A stretch of 64,000 nt of DNA from an uncultured Algimonas sp. (GTDB lineage: Bacteria > Pseudomonadota > Alphaproteobacteria > Caulobacterales > Maricaulaceae): the NCBI GenBank assembly GCA_964511495.1, contig CAZEFT010000002.1, positions 67,112-131,111 on the forward strand, in the 5' to 3' direction. The number at the start of each line of letters is the position of its first letter. The first letter of the stretch is position 1. Below the pieces are notes generated by a model. It saw nothing but the letters and a program-made list of their open reading frames with translations, was not told the DNA's origin and did not search any database. A program made the position numbers and the translations under genes. This document shows positions 50,088-60,775 of this stretch, piece by piece.

Positions 50088-51224
50088 GTGGCAGACGATA
50101 AGAATAATAGTCCTTGGGGAAAGCCTAAAGGACAATCCGGAAACGGAAACAACCCTTGGGGTCAGGGCAAACCTGACCGTAACAGACCCAAACCGGGCGA
50201 AGGTTCACCCGATTTGGACAATGTTATCCAAGGATTTAAAACGCGCGTCAAACGCGGCGGTTCTGGTGGTGGGGGCCGTGGAGGCTTTCCCGGCGGCGGA
50301 GCCGGCGCGGGCGAGTTCAAAGTGCCGAAATGGGCATTTGCAGCTGCGGCTGTGGTGTTTTTAGGGATCAATTCGATCTTTACGGTTCAGGGTAACGAGC
50401 AAGCTGTGGTCCTTCGCTTTGGCGATTATGTCCGCAAAGCCGGCCCCGGCCTTCACTTTAAATTGCCATTGGTCGAAACCAAAGAGGTCGTAAATGTGAC
50501 GACCCAACGTGAAACTCAAGTTGGCGTGACGTCGAGTGGTCGAAACGTTGCCGAAGAGTCGTTGATGCTGACGGGCGACGAAAATATTGTCGATATTGAT
50601 TTTACCGTTCTTTGGGTCATTCGTGATTTGCAGGATTACCTTTTCAAAGTCGATCAACCCGATGATCTTGTGAAGTCGGCGGCTGAGTCGGTTGTACGTG
50701 AAATTATTGGTAAAAATGAGCTCGACCCGATTATCACGACAGGCCGTCAGGAATTAGTCGGTACGGTGACGACACAACTTCAATCATTACTGGATGAATA
50801 CGAAGCCGGTGTTCTTATTCAGGACGTTCAGTTCCAAAAAACCGACCCGCCTGCTTCTGTCGAAGATGACTTTCTTGACGTTGTGAACGCAGATCAGGAA
50901 GCGGAACGCGTTATCAATGAAGCCCGCGCTTATCGCAATAAACAAGTGCTGGAAGCCGAAGGTACAGCCGCCCGCCTCATCCAAGAAGCTGAGGGTTACC
51001 GTGATGCTGTTATCGCCGATGCCGAAGGTGAAGCCGAGCGCTTTCGCCTCATTTATCAGGAATATAAACTGGCGCCGCGCGTGACGCGACAACGTATGTA
51101 TTTAGAGACAATCGAGGACGTCTATCGCGATGCCGATAAAATTATTCTCGATGATAATGCAGGGTCAGGCGTTGTGCCTTATCTGCCGCTGGATAAGCTG
51201 ACTCGTCCCGGAGGAGCACAATAA
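50088..51224 (+). CDS. hflK: Protease modulator HflK
   Basis: Gly-rich N-terminus, one TM and an SPFH/band-7 domain. GTG start. Immediately followed by hflC. Confidence 0.93.
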   Translation: MADDKNNSPWGKPKGQSGNGNNPWGQGKPDRNRPKPGEGSPDLDNVIQGFKTRVKRGGSGGGGRGGFPGGGAGAGEFKVPKWAFAAAAVVFLGINSIFTVQGNEQAVVLRFGDYVRKAGPGLHFKLPLVETKEVVNVTTQRETQVGVTSSGRNVAEESLMLTGDENIVDIDFTVLWVIRDLQDYLFKVDQPDDLVKSAAESVVREIIGKNELDPIITTGRQELVGTVTTQLQSLLDEYEAGVLIQDVQFQKTDPPASVEDDFLDVVNADQEAERVINEARAYRNKQVLEAEGTAARLIQEAEGYRDAVIADAEGEAERFRLIYQEYKLAPRVTRQRMYLETIEDVYRDADKIILDDNAGSGVVPYLPLDKLTRPGGAQ

Positions 51225-52129
51225 TGAATAGTAATCGCTTAGTCGGAGGAGCTATTCTCCTCGCTATCCTCGTCTTCTTGGCCTCACTTTGCATGTACAC
51301 GGTCCGAGAAGATAAGCAGGCTCTCGTTCTGCGTTTTGGTGAACCCATTCGGGATGAAAACGCTTATAATAGGGAAGAAAATGCAGGACTTAAATTTAAG
51401 TTCCCGCCACCTATTGAAAGTGTGCGCCAATATGACCGCAAAAATCTGGTCTTGGATCTTGATTCCCAATCTATTCTGGCTTCTGATCAAGAGCGTTTGA
51501 TTGTGGATGCCTTTATCCGCTACCGCATTACGGATGTCAGACAGTTCTATGAGCGTTTCAACACGCGTAGAGCCGCTGAATTACAGTTAAAAAACATTCT
51601 CGACTCTTTGATTCGTGACACATTAGGTGGCGTAGAAAGTCAGGAGATTATTTCCGGCCAACGGGTCGATTTGATGCAAGCTATTGAGGATCGGGCCAAT
51701 GCACGGGCAGAAGGCCAGACCTTTGGTCTGAAAATCGAAGATGTGCGCATCAAGCGCGCTGACCTTCCGAATGAAAACGCCGAGCGGGTTTTCGAACGTA
51801 TGGCGGCCGATCGTCAGGAGGTGTCTGCTGAAAAACGCGGTCAGGGTGAGCGGGCTAACCGTACTATTCGCGCGGAAGCCGACAAAGACGTTCAAATTCT
51901 CATTGCGAATGCACGGAAAGAATCCGAAATTATCCGTGGTGAAGGTGATAAGAACCGGAACCGGATTTATGCGGAAGCCTATAACCTTGATCCTGAATTC
52001 TTTGCCTTTTATCGCTCAATGCAAGCTTACAAGGAAGGCTTAGGCAATCGATCAACTTACGTACTGTCACCGGATAGTGACTTCCTGGGTTATTTGGATG
52101 ACCAGAATGGCCCGAGTAGCCGTCGCTAA
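51224..52129 (+). CDS. hflC: Protease modulator HflC
   Basis: N-terminal TM and an SPFH domain. TAATG 1-nt overlap with hflK. Confidence 0.93.
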   Translation: MNSNRLVGGAILLAILVFLASLCMYTVREDKQALVLRFGEPIRDENAYNREENAGLKFKFPPPIESVRQYDRKNLVLDLDSQSILASDQERLIVDAFIRYRITDVRQFYERFNTRRAAELQLKNILDSLIRDTLGGVESQEIISGQRVDLMQAIEDRANARAEGQTFGLKIEDVRIKRADLPNENAERVFERMAADRQEVSAEKRGQGERANRTIRAEADKDVQILIANARKESEIIRGEGDKNRNRIYAEAYNLDPEFFAFYRSMQAYKEGLGNRSTYVLSPDSDFLGYLDDQNGPSSRR

Positions 52130-52141
52130 TAACACGATGCT

Positions 52142-52348
52142 ATGAATATAAGCGCAATTGTGCTCATTGCCATTGGCGGTGCACTCGCGATTGAAGGGGC
52201 TGCTTGGGCGATTTTCCCGGGCGGCCTTCGTCGTGTTTATCAAGAGATGGTCTCACAGATGAGTGAGAGAGACCTTCATTTGTCGGGTCTTCTATCCGTC
52301 TTTTTCGGTATTATTCTGCTTATGGTTGGCGCTAACCTGCTGGCCTAA
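52142..52348 (+). CDS. DUF2065-like small membrane protein
   Basis: 68 aa with two TM segments. Sits directly after hflC, a position I recall as typical for this family. Confidence 0.7.
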   Translation: MNISAIVLIAIGGALAIEGAAWAIFPGGLRRVYQEMVSQMSERDLHLSGLLSVFFGIILLMVGANLLA

Positions 52349-52445
52349 TCGTTTTCACGCTATTCTGACGCTTTTGTAAGCTATTATTCTGCGCTGTGCC
52401 GATACGACCTCTTGGCAAATCGGTTATGGTGTCTAAAGTCTCTTC

Positions 52446-53855
52446 ATGATCAGACTGCTCTCTATCACATTGGCCTTTATGGTTTTGTTTTCGGTTTCGG
52501 CATTGGCCCGACCTGTGCCGGAGGGCTTTACCGAACTGACGAAACGGCTCAGCCCGTCTGTGGTCAATATTTCAACGGCGCAGACAATTGAAATCAATAC
52601 GGAAGAAGCGCCTGCCTTTCCCGAGGGTTCGCCCCTAGAAAGGTTTAATGACTTTTTCGGGCGCGGAAATGACCGTGACGGTCGTGTTTCAAAATCACTG
52701 GGTTCAGGATTTGTCATTGATAAAGACGGTCATATCGTCACGAATAATCACGTCATTGAAGATGCTGACTTAATTGAAGTCACATTTTCTAACGGCGATA
52801 CTTATGAAGCTGAACTGATTGGACGTGATCCGGCTACGGATATCGCCGTTCTAAAACTCGATACCGGCAAAGATATGCCTTTTGTGAGCTTCGGTGACTC
52901 TGATAAAGCCGAAGTAGGTGAATGGGTCATCGCGATTGGCAATCCCTTTGGTTATTCCGGCTCTGTTGCCGCGGGTATTATTTCGGCGCGAAACCGCGAT
53001 ATTTCCCATGGTAGTTATGATGATTTTATTCAAACAGATGTGGCCATTAATCGCGGTAATTCAGGGGGGCCGCTTTTCAATATGCAAGGTGATGTCATTG
53101 GCGTGAATACGGCAATCCTCTCCCCTACAGGCTACAGTGTCGGGATAAGTTTCTCTGTTCCCGCCGAACTCGCCGAGTCAGTCGTTGAACAACTCATAGC
53201 TTTTGGTGAAACACGTCGCGGTTATTTGGGTGTTCGACCGCAAAAAGTGAGTGCGGGATTGGCGAAATCCTATGGCTTAGATGGAACTTATGGGGCGTTG
53301 ATCACATCTGTTGTGGCTGACTCGCCAGCGGATAAAGCAGGTCTGCGTAAGGGCGATCTTATTACTGAAATTGGTGGAGAGCGCCTTGAGAGCTCCCGTC
53401 TTCTATCACGCCGTATAGCAGACGCGCCTATAGATAAGGCATTGGAGATAACCTATATCCGCAAGCGCAAGGAGCGCACGGCTTCTGTTCTAATCGAACG
53501 ATTGAAAGAGCAAGTTACCGAGGAAGAAAAAGCGCGACGCGAACAAGAAGAAAATGAGGCCGAGCGCTCAGTTAATGGAATTTACGTCGAAGCTTTGACG
53601 GATGAAACTCGGACGAAATACCGGATCGACTCTACGACCAAAGGCGTTCGTGTCGTGAAAGTTGATAAACGCGCTACGGCCAGCGGTAAAATCTTGGTGG
53701 GTGACATCATAGAAGAGGTCGGTTTTGAGGCCGTCGAAACACCGAAAGCGTTCGAAGATGCGGTAGACGCTTCAAAAGCGTTTAACTCACCCGTTACGTT
53801 CCTGATTAACCGCGGTGGGAATTACATTTTCTATGCTTTGGACGTGACGTCTTAG
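52446..53855 (+). CDS. degP: Periplasmic serine endoprotease DegP/HtrA (Do family)
   Basis: Signal peptide, catalytic H (TNNHV), D (DIAVLK) and S (GNSGGPL), and two PDZ domains. Confidence 0.93.
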   Translation: MIRLLSITLAFMVLFSVSALARPVPEGFTELTKRLSPSVVNISTAQTIEINTEEAPAFPEGSPLERFNDFFGRGNDRDGRVSKSLGSGFVIDKDGHIVTNNHVIEDADLIEVTFSNGDTYEAELIGRDPATDIAVLKLDTGKDMPFVSFGDSDKAEVGEWVIAIGNPFGYSGSVAAGIISARNRDISHGSYDDFIQTDVAINRGNSGGPLFNMQGDVIGVNTAILSPTGYSVGISFSVPAELAESVVEQLIAFGETRRGYLGVRPQKVSAGLAKSYGLDGTYGALITSVVADSPADKAGLRKGDLITEIGGERLESSRLLSRRIADAPIDKALEITYIRKRKERTASVLIERLKEQVTEEEKARREQEENEAERSVNGIYVEALTDETRTKYRIDSTTKGVRVVKVDKRATASGKILVGDIIEEVGFEAVETPKAFEDAVDASKAFNSPVTFLINRGGNYIFYALDVTS

Positions 53856-54745
53856 CCCAAATCTTTAAAATCTTTCTCTTCATAGCCTTGGAAGTAAAGT
53901 GCCGTGCGTAAATCCGTATAATTGATCGCGCAGTGCGCCGCCGCCGCAACAGCCGGTTTGGCATCATAAGCGATACCCAAACCTGCCGCTTGAATCATAG
54001 CCAGGTCATTAGCGCCGTCACCAATAGCGACGGCTTGGGATGCTCCTCCCAAATTCTTTGAATATTCATTTAACCGCTCAAGTTTTGCCTCTCTCCCCAA
54101 AATCGGCAATGCCACTGATCCGGTCAGTTCATGACCATTATCCAACAGAACATTTGCGTGATGGTTTTCAAAACCGATGGCCTCGGCCACGCGGGATGAG
54201 AAAAAGGTGAATCCGCCTGAAACGATAACGGTCGCGGCGCCTTGCGCTTTCATTGTAGCGCAGAGAGTCTTTGCGCCTTTATTGACCGTAATCCGTTCAT
54301 CGAAACATTTTTGTAGATCGGAGAGCGGTAAGTCTTTCAATAGGGCGACGCGATCCGTGAGTGCGCCTTCAAAACCGATTTCCCCGCGCATGGCGCGTTC
54401 CGTTATGGCGCTGACTTTGTCTTTAAACCCTGCAAAATCCGCGAGTTCGTCAATACATTCCTGACCGATAAGGGTTGAGTCCATATCGCAAATCAGGAGT
54501 GTTTTTTTGCGAGGCTGATCAGATTGGAGACAAAAATCAGCTTTCACATTGTTTTCTCTCAGACGGTTCTCAATGTTGTCTTTGGTGACATGAGAGGGGG
54601 CATAACCTTCAACGGCTACCCCTTCTGAAAGTGTCTTTATTTGGGTGAGCTGAAAGGCTTCAGCCAAGCTATGTAAATGCGTGGGGTCCTTTTTTGGAAG
54701 GACAAGTGTCAAAATTTGGTTTAACGCCTCAACCATGTCAGCCAT
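53852..54745 (-). CDS. serB: Phosphoserine phosphatase
   Basis: HAD motifs LICDMDSTLI, VSGGF, GDGANDL. Convergent 4-nt overlap with degP. Confidence 0.9.
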   Translation of the reverse strand: MADMVEALNQILTLVLPKKDPTHLHSLAEAFQLTQIKTLSEGVAVEGYAPSHVTKDNIENRLRENNVKADFCLQSDQPRKKTLLICDMDSTLIGQECIDELADFAGFKDKVSAITERAMRGEIGFEGALTDRVALLKDLPLSDLQKCFDERITVNKGAKTLCATMKAQGAATVIVSGGFTFFSSRVAEAIGFENHHANVLLDNGHELTGSVALPILGREAKLERLNEYSKNLGGASQAVAIGDGANDLAMIQAAGLGIAYDAKPAVAAAAHCAINYTDLRTALYFQGYEEKDFKDLG

Positions 54746-54781
54746 GCTCCAAATATACTGGGTTGTCCTGTGAATCCTCTT

Positions 54782-55699
54782 ATGAACCCCGTGTTGTGTA
54801 TTGCAGGGCCGACTGCGAGCGGCAAGAGCGCAGTGGCGCTTGAATTGGCAAAAGCTGTTGATGGGGAAATCATAAATACGGATGCTCTACAGGTTTACCG
54901 TGATATCCGTATCTTATCGGCTCGACCATCTAAAGCGGACACGCAGGATGTACCGCATCACCTCTATGGTCTGGTGGACGGAGGCGTACACTTTTCAAGT
55001 GGGCATTTTGTGAAGGCCGTAATGCTCGTCATTTTTGATGTCTTAGCCCGCCAGAAAACACCAATTTTGGTGGGGGGGACAGGTCTCTATTTCAAAGCGC
55101 TATTTGAGGGCTTAGCGGCCGTACCAAAAATAGACCCAGCGTTAGTACAAGAGATTGAAGCCAGAATTGAAAGCGAAGGCATTTCAACTATTCTAGAAGA
55201 AGCCAAAACGCTCGACCCTGTTGGTGTGAAACGCCTATTGGGTCATGATCCACAAAGACTGACGCGCTTGCTCAGCGTTGTCAAACAGACGGGACACGCT
55301 CTGCATGAATGGCAGGCCCAGACTCGTCCTGAAATACCATCCGCACAGGCTTTACGATTTGTAATCCTGCCCCCGCGTGAAAGGCTTTATGCTAGGATTA
55401 ACGACAGATTTGAAACAATGGTAGAGCAGGGCGGTATGGATGAGGCTAAAAAAGTTCACGCGCAATATGGTCAGGCAAATCTACCCATGTTGAAGGCCAT
55501 CGGATTATCTCATCTGCTTCGATATTTGCGGGGTGAGTTGAGTTATGACAAAGCGATGGAGTTGGCCAAACGGGATACGCGCCGCTTTGCAAAACGACAA
55601 ATGACGTGGTTCCGCAACCAATGTCGGGATTGGACACATGTCGAGAACCTGAAAGCAGAGGAAGTATTGGCGTCTATTGAGAAGTGGAGAAAAGGATGA
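54782..55699 (+). CDS. miaA: tRNA dimethylallyltransferase
   Basis: P-loop GPTASGKS, DALQVYRD, VGGTGLYFKAL, RRFAKRQMTWFRN. Confidence 0.93.
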   Translation: MNPVLCIAGPTASGKSAVALELAKAVDGEIINTDALQVYRDIRILSARPSKADTQDVPHHLYGLVDGGVHFSSGHFVKAVMLVIFDVLARQKTPILVGGTGLYFKALFEGLAAVPKIDPALVQEIEARIESEGISTILEEAKTLDPVGVKRLLGHDPQRLTRLLSVVKQTGHALHEWQAQTRPEIPSAQALRFVILPPRERLYARINDRFETMVEQGGMDEAKKVHAQYGQANLPMLKAIGLSHLLRYLRGELSYDKAMELAKRDTRRFAKRQMTWFRNQCRDWTHVENLKAEEVLASIEKWRKG

Positions 55700-56373
55700 A
55701 ACTATCTCCATCTCTTATTTTCACTCTGTTTATTTCATTCATCATTTTGGCTGTTTTGATCGGTGGTTTGACAGGTGGTGCGATTAACTTTGAAGCCGTT
55801 CAATCGCTGATTTCGGGCATTCGCGACTCAAACAGCGCGGTTTTAGTCGTCATAATAATTTTTATCACTGCATCGTTTTTAGGGGCGCCACAATGGGCTT
55901 TGATTACGGCCTGTGTCGTTGGGTTTGGCCCTTTATGGGGCGCTGTTTATGCGTGGACCGCGACTTTATGCTCGGCGACAGTGAATTTTTTTGTCGCTCG
56001 TATTTTGGGGCAAAAACGGTTGAGTCGTTTGAAAGGCCCAAGGCTTGCGCGTTTATTAGACCGAGTTGAACAAAACGGCGTTTTGTGGAGTTTTGTTGTG
56101 CGTCTGGTGCCGACAGGCCCGTTTATCTTGGTCAATTTCGCGGCAGGCCTCTCAACCATTCGATATCCCGCATTTCTGACAGGGACGGCATTTGGTATCG
56201 TTCCCAAAATTCTTGTTATGGCGTTGATAGCCAAAGGAATATTTGTAGGTCTTAATGGTAAGCTTATATCGTTGATGTTCATTGGCTTGGCTTTGATAGC
56301 CATCATCATGACATTCTGGTTTCAGCGAAATTACGGGCGAAGCAAAGCGGCTCTTGAAAGTCAACAAAGCTAG
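55696..56373 (+). CDS. TVP38/TMEM64 (DedA-related) family membrane protein
   Basis: RLVPTGPFILVNFAAGLSTIRYPAFLTGTAFGIVP. ATGA overlap with miaA. Confidence 0.8.
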   Translation: MKLSPSLIFTLFISFIILAVLIGGLTGGAINFEAVQSLISGIRDSNSAVLVVIIIFITASFLGAPQWALITACVVGFGPLWGAVYAWTATLCSATVNFFVARILGQKRLSRLKGPRLARLLDRVEQNGVLWSFVVRLVPTGPFILVNFAAGLSTIRYPAFLTGTAFGIVPKILVMALIAKGIFVGLNGKLISLMFIGLALIAIIMTFWFQRNYGRSKAALESQQS

Positions 56374-57641
56374 CGTGTTTTGCGGTTAAGCCTCATCCAA
56401 TCCCTTTTGGGGCGCTCGTAAAGTTCATCCAAAAACTCCAATTGGAGGCCGATGGGCTCGTAATGGGGGCTGTTCCACATCATCGCAATGCCGCTACGCT
56501 TATCGGGGTCAAAAAGGATAAGTGCGCGGTAGCCCTGCACCCCACCTCGGTGGCCGACGACCTTATTGCCGTAATAATCATAGACGCGGAAACCCATGCC
56601 ATAATGCGCATTTTTAAGGCCGCCAAACCGGCGATTAATATAGCGTTGCTCTCTCAAGGTAGACACGCGGGGAGCTTGTAAGACCTGCTGAATGGCTTCC
56701 TGTTGTGAGAGGGTGGCGTCGTCTCCATCGGGCATTTGCCCAATCATCCATTTCGCTAAATCTGTCACAGAAGAATTAACCCCGGCCGCAGCAGGCACGC
56801 GGTAATAAGTCGGTTTAACAGACCTATAGGCACGGCCACGCTTACTATGAGGCTTAGCCCAGCTTTTGGATTGTTTGAGTCCGTTCAAACTCACACTGGC
56901 GCTTTTCATATCAAGCTGATCAAAAATTTCAGTTTGCACTACGGATTTGTAAGGAAGGCCTGTGAGGGTTTCGACGATTTCACCCGCAGAATCATAAGCG
57001 ACATTTTGATAGCTGTGGCAGGTCGCGGGCGCGCAATTATATTTCAGCTTACCAAGTTTCTTTCGTGTTTCCTTAGCACTGCGACCATCTTCAATATGGC
57101 CGTCATAAGCATTGGGGACGATTCCGACTTGGTGGGCCAATAAATGAGCAACGGAGATATTGGTTTCGCTAGGAGGCAGGTCGAGAGAATATGTGAAATC
57201 TTTCACGGCATCGTCCAAAGAAATTCTATTCTCTGCCGCCATAGAGACCAATAAATAGGCCGCCACACCTTTCGAGACAGAGGCCCAACGAAAAACCGTG
57301 TCTTGGGTTACTTTATCGCCAGAACCGCGCTTTGTTTCTCCATAACCATTGGCAAAAGTGATGTCGCCATTTTCGACAATCGCCACAGACAGGCCCGTCA
57401 TGGAGACTTCACGCATAAGACGTTTCGCGCGTTTATCGAGATAGGCTGTGTCGACTTTTGACTGGGGTTTGGGGGCCGCTTTCGCAGGACTGTTTCGCGG
57501 GGGCGTCGCAGTAATAGCCGTTGAGGTTTCTACCAATGTCTTGAACGATTGTGCAAAATAGGGTTGGGCCTCTGAGGTAAAAGGCACCGCCAGCATAGTG
57601 AGCAGAAAGCCAATACTGATTGTTTTACCACTTATTCGCAT
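56370..57641 (-). CDS. Secreted serine hydrolase, beta-lactamase/PBP4*-like family
   Basis: Signal peptide, SxxK motif in FRWASVSKG, later YQNVAY and HRGG. Confidence 0.8.
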   Translation of the reverse strand: MRISGKTISIGFLLTMLAVPFTSEAQPYFAQSFKTLVETSTAITATPPRNSPAKAAPKPQSKVDTAYLDKRAKRLMREVSMTGLSVAIVENGDITFANGYGETKRGSGDKVTQDTVFRWASVSKGVAAYLLVSMAAENRISLDDAVKDFTYSLDLPPSETNISVAHLLAHQVGIVPNAYDGHIEDGRSAKETRKKLGKLKYNCAPATCHSYQNVAYDSAGEIVETLTGLPYKSVVQTEIFDQLDMKSASVSLNGLKQSKSWAKPHSKRGRAYRSVKPTYYRVPAAAGVNSSVTDLAKWMIGQMPDGDDATLSQQEAIQQVLQAPRVSTLREQRYINRRFGGLKNAHYGMGFRVYDYYGNKVVGHRGGVQGYRALILFDPDKRSGIAMMWNSPHYEPIGLQLEFLDELYERPKRDWMRLNRKTR

Positions 57642-57759
57642 TATTGCGGGCTCCGAATACGGAAATGACCCGCTACTGAGGTAAGGTTACTTACACAATA
57701 AGAATATAAGATTTCATTATTCTGGAAATGTCTCATGCTGCCCCGCTTTATCACATCCA

Positions 57760-58578
57760 TCACCCTCCAAGCATTATCCATGCCAGTAAAGCTCCACCCA
57801 AGGCAATTCTATAAAGCATAAAAGGGAGCATTCCGATTTTACTCACCCATTTCATGAAAAGTGAAATACAGGCGAAAGCAGAAATGAAAGACAAAAGGGC
57901 AACCCACAGCCCGTCCGTTAGTGTAGCACCGGCTAATTCAGCCGGGTCTGCCGTGCTCAGACTATAAAGGGCGAAGAGGCCTCCAACACCGATAATCGGC
58001 AGGCTCATAAGCATGGAAAACCGCGCTGCCTCGACGCGGGTAAAGCCCATAGCTCTCGCGGCTGTCATTGTTATGCCGGAGCGTGACGTGCCAGGAATGA
58101 GGGCAATAGCTTGTGCTAGGCCCAATCCAAAGGCCCCTTTCCAAGTAAGATCTTCGGTCGAGCGTTCCTGTTTCCCCCAGATATCTGAGAGCCAAAGTAA
58201 GATACCAAAAAATATTGTCGTGAAAGCAATCAATAAAGGGGATCTTATCATTTCATCAAAACCCCCGAACCGCAGAAAAGCGCCAAATAAGAGAGCAGGG
58301 GGGGTTGCGATAATCAAATTAAGGGCCAGCAGAGAGCGTGTATTCAATTGGCGTCTAAGCAAATCCCATAATCCTGTGAAGATGGAGCCAACATCCTTTC
58401 GGAAATAGGCCATCACGGCAAAAAGCGAGCCAAAATGTGCCATAACATCGATGAGCGGACCTTGATCTACCCAACCAAGTATTTTGGCGGGTAAGATCAG
58501 ATGCGCGGAACTTGAAATAGGCAAAAATTCCGTCAATCCCTGTATGAGCGCGAGTAATGTGAGCTGCAACCAAGACAT
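57760..58578 (-). CDS. uppP: Undecaprenyl-diphosphate phosphatase
   Basis: GLTEFLPISSSAHL, PGTSRSGITM. 8-TM protein. Confidence 0.93.
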   Translation of the reverse strand: MSWLQLTLLALIQGLTEFLPISSSAHLILPAKILGWVDQGPLIDVMAHFGSLFAVMAYFRKDVGSIFTGLWDLLRRQLNTRSLLALNLIIATPPALLFGAFLRFGGFDEMIRSPLLIAFTTIFFGILLWLSDIWGKQERSTEDLTWKGAFGLGLAQAIALIPGTSRSGITMTAARAMGFTRVEAARFSMLMSLPIIGVGGLFALYSLSTADPAELAGATLTDGLWVALLSFISAFACISLFMKWVSKIGMLPFMLYRIALGGALLAWIMLGG

Positions 58579-58916
58579 TTGCGCCTCTATTATAGTGTGA
58601 TTGACCTAAGGCTTCGCGGTACGGGCATAAGTCCTAAACTTCAATTAAAATCACCGAGTAAATTGGAGCTTGGTTGGTGAATCATACGAAAAATATGTGA
58701 TAATAAAAATACTTTCAAAATTTTATTTTTCATAGTGGAGTGCGTATTTGAAAAATAATTCAATTAAAACAATATATTATATATATTATTGCATAAATAC
58801 ATTTTGCGAAAATATCAAATATTGACAAATTGTCGCATCTTGCGTGTGCTTTGTTTTATGTATAGGCGCAATCGGGACAGCCTAAGAGGCTATGGAAAAT
58901 ACGGAGATTGGCGGTT

Positions 58917-60350
58917 ATGGCGGCGTCTAACAAAATGTTGCAGTTCATCCGCACAGAGCGCGATATGCCCGAAAAGCGCGATGCTGAAGAGCGGCGCGAG
59001 GATTTTCTCGAAATTTATGGTGATTACATAGATACTAAGGCGCAGGAACAAGCCTCTCGTTGTTCCCAATGCGGTGTACCTTTTTGCCAAAACCACTGCC
59101 CGCTTGGGAATGATATTCCGGATTGGTTGAAACTAACGGCTGAAGGTCGGGTGAAAGAAGCGTGGGAAGTCTCCAGCGCCACGAATAATATGCCCGAAAT
59201 ATGTGGGCGTATCTGCCCGCAGGACCGCTTGTGTGAAGGATCTTGCGTTATTGAGCAATCCGGCCACGGAACCGTGACAATCGGGTCTGTTGAAAGATTT
59301 TTATCGGATACCGCTTGGGAAGAGGACTGGATCACGCCGATTAAGCCGCGACGCGAGCGCGCCGAAAGTGTGGGCATCATTGGCGCAGGGCCAGCGGGAT
59401 TGGCTGCCGCTGAGCAATTGCGCATAGAAGGGTGGCAGGTTACAATTTATGACCGCCATGACCGAGCCGGTGGTTTGTTGATTTACGGGATTCCGAATTT
59501 TAAGCTCGAAAAAGAGATTGTTCAACGCCGTACTAAAAGGCTTGAAGTAAGCGGTATCGAATTCGTCATGAACTGCGATGTGGGCGTGGATGTAAGCTTT
59601 GCAAAACTTCGCGAGAAACATCAGGCCGTTTTGATTGCAACCGGCGTTTACAAAGCGCGGAACCTGACCTGTGAAGGCGGTGACGCGGAAGGCGTTACGG
59701 CGGCTCTACCCTTCTTGATTGAAAGCAATAAGAGAGGGCTCGGCGACACAATTGAGGGAGAAACCGCGAAGGGTAAGAAAGTGGTTGTTATCGGCGGCGG
59801 TGACACGGCAATGGACTGTGTTCGTACCGCCATTCGTCAAGGCGCCGAGTCCGTGACTTGTTTGTACCGGAGAGACCATGCCAACATGCCAGGCTCCCGA
59901 CGGGAAACAGCCAATGCGCAGGAAGAAGGCGTAAAGTTTGAATGGTTGGCTTCCCCTAAGTCTATTCAGTCAAGCGATGGAAAAGCCAAGGCGGTCAGCA
60001 CATATCGTATGCGTTTAGGCCAGAAAGATGCGTCAGGTCGGCAATCTCCTGTCGTCCTAGAAGGGGCAGATTTTGACGTTGATGCCGATTTGGTGATTAA
60101 GGCGCTGGGCTTCACCCCTGAGGATATGAGTATTTTGAGTGAGGAACTGGCGATTAGCCGTTGGAATACTGTCAAAGTAAACCCCGTAACATTCGAAACC
60201 AACCTGCCCGGAGTTTATGCTGCCGGAGATATTGTACGCGGCGCATCTCTCGTGGTTTGGGCCATTCGAGAAGGCCGTGATGCTGCCGCTCATATGCATG
60301 GTTATCTGTCTGATCTGGAGCGTCAAAACGCGAAACAGGCCGCAGAATAA
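58917..60350 (+). CDS. gltD: Glutamate synthase (NADPH) small subunit
   Basis: Fe-S Cys clusters CSQCGVPFCQNHCP and CGRICP..C..C. GIIGAGPAGLAAA, VIGGGDTAMDC. Confidence 0.95.
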   Translation: MAASNKMLQFIRTERDMPEKRDAEERREDFLEIYGDYIDTKAQEQASRCSQCGVPFCQNHCPLGNDIPDWLKLTAEGRVKEAWEVSSATNNMPEICGRICPQDRLCEGSCVIEQSGHGTVTIGSVERFLSDTAWEEDWITPIKPRRERAESVGIIGAGPAGLAAAEQLRIEGWQVTIYDRHDRAGGLLIYGIPNFKLEKEIVQRRTKRLEVSGIEFVMNCDVGVDVSFAKLREKHQAVLIATGVYKARNLTCEGGDAEGVTAALPFLIESNKRGLGDTIEGETAKGKKVVVIGGGDTAMDCVRTAIRQGAESVTCLYRRDHANMPGSRRETANAQEEGVKFEWLASPKSIQSSDGKAKAVSTYRMRLGQKDASGRQSPVVLEGADFDVDADLVIKALGFTPEDMSILSEELAISRWNTVKVNPVTFETNLPGVYAAGDIVRGASLVVWAIREGRDAAAHMHGYLSDLERQNAKQAAE

Positions 60351-60775
60351 TGACGAAGCGAAGCGGTAAATGTCTTTGTGGAGCTGTGACTTTCACCGTC
60401 GCAGGAGAAATGACCGAAACGGATGCGTGTCATTGCTCTATGTGCCGTCGCCAAAATGCGGGCAGTGCGTTTATTGGTGTCCATTTCTCGGACGGCGTGA
60501 CGCTCCAAAACACAAAGAGTTTAGGTCTCTATAAAGGGTCTGATTGGGGCGAGCGGGGCTTTTGCATGGAATGCGGAACCACATTATTTTGGCGTTTGCA
60601 GGGTGAAGAGAAAGATTTTGCGATCGCCGCAGGCGCTTTAGATGACCTGTCAGGCATTAAGCTTGATGCGCATATTTTTACGGACGAAGCGCCAACATAT
60701 TACAGAGTGCCAACAGACGCCCCGCACAAAACCGGGGCTCAAGTTATCAAAGAATTTGAAGAGAAAATGACATGA
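60350..60775 (+). CDS. GFA-family (glutathione-dependent formaldehyde-activating-like) zinc-binding protein
   Basis: 141 aa. Cys pattern CLCGAV...CHCSMCRR...CMECGT. Overlaps the gltD stop (TAATG) and the gltB start (ATGA). Confidence 0.8.
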   Translation: MTKRSGKCLCGAVTFTVAGEMTETDACHCSMCRRQNAGSAFIGVHFSDGVTLQNTKSLGLYKGSDWGERGFCMECGTTLFWRLQGEEKDFAIAAGALDDLSGIKLDAHIFTDEAPTYYRVPTDAPHKTGAQVIKEFEEKMT

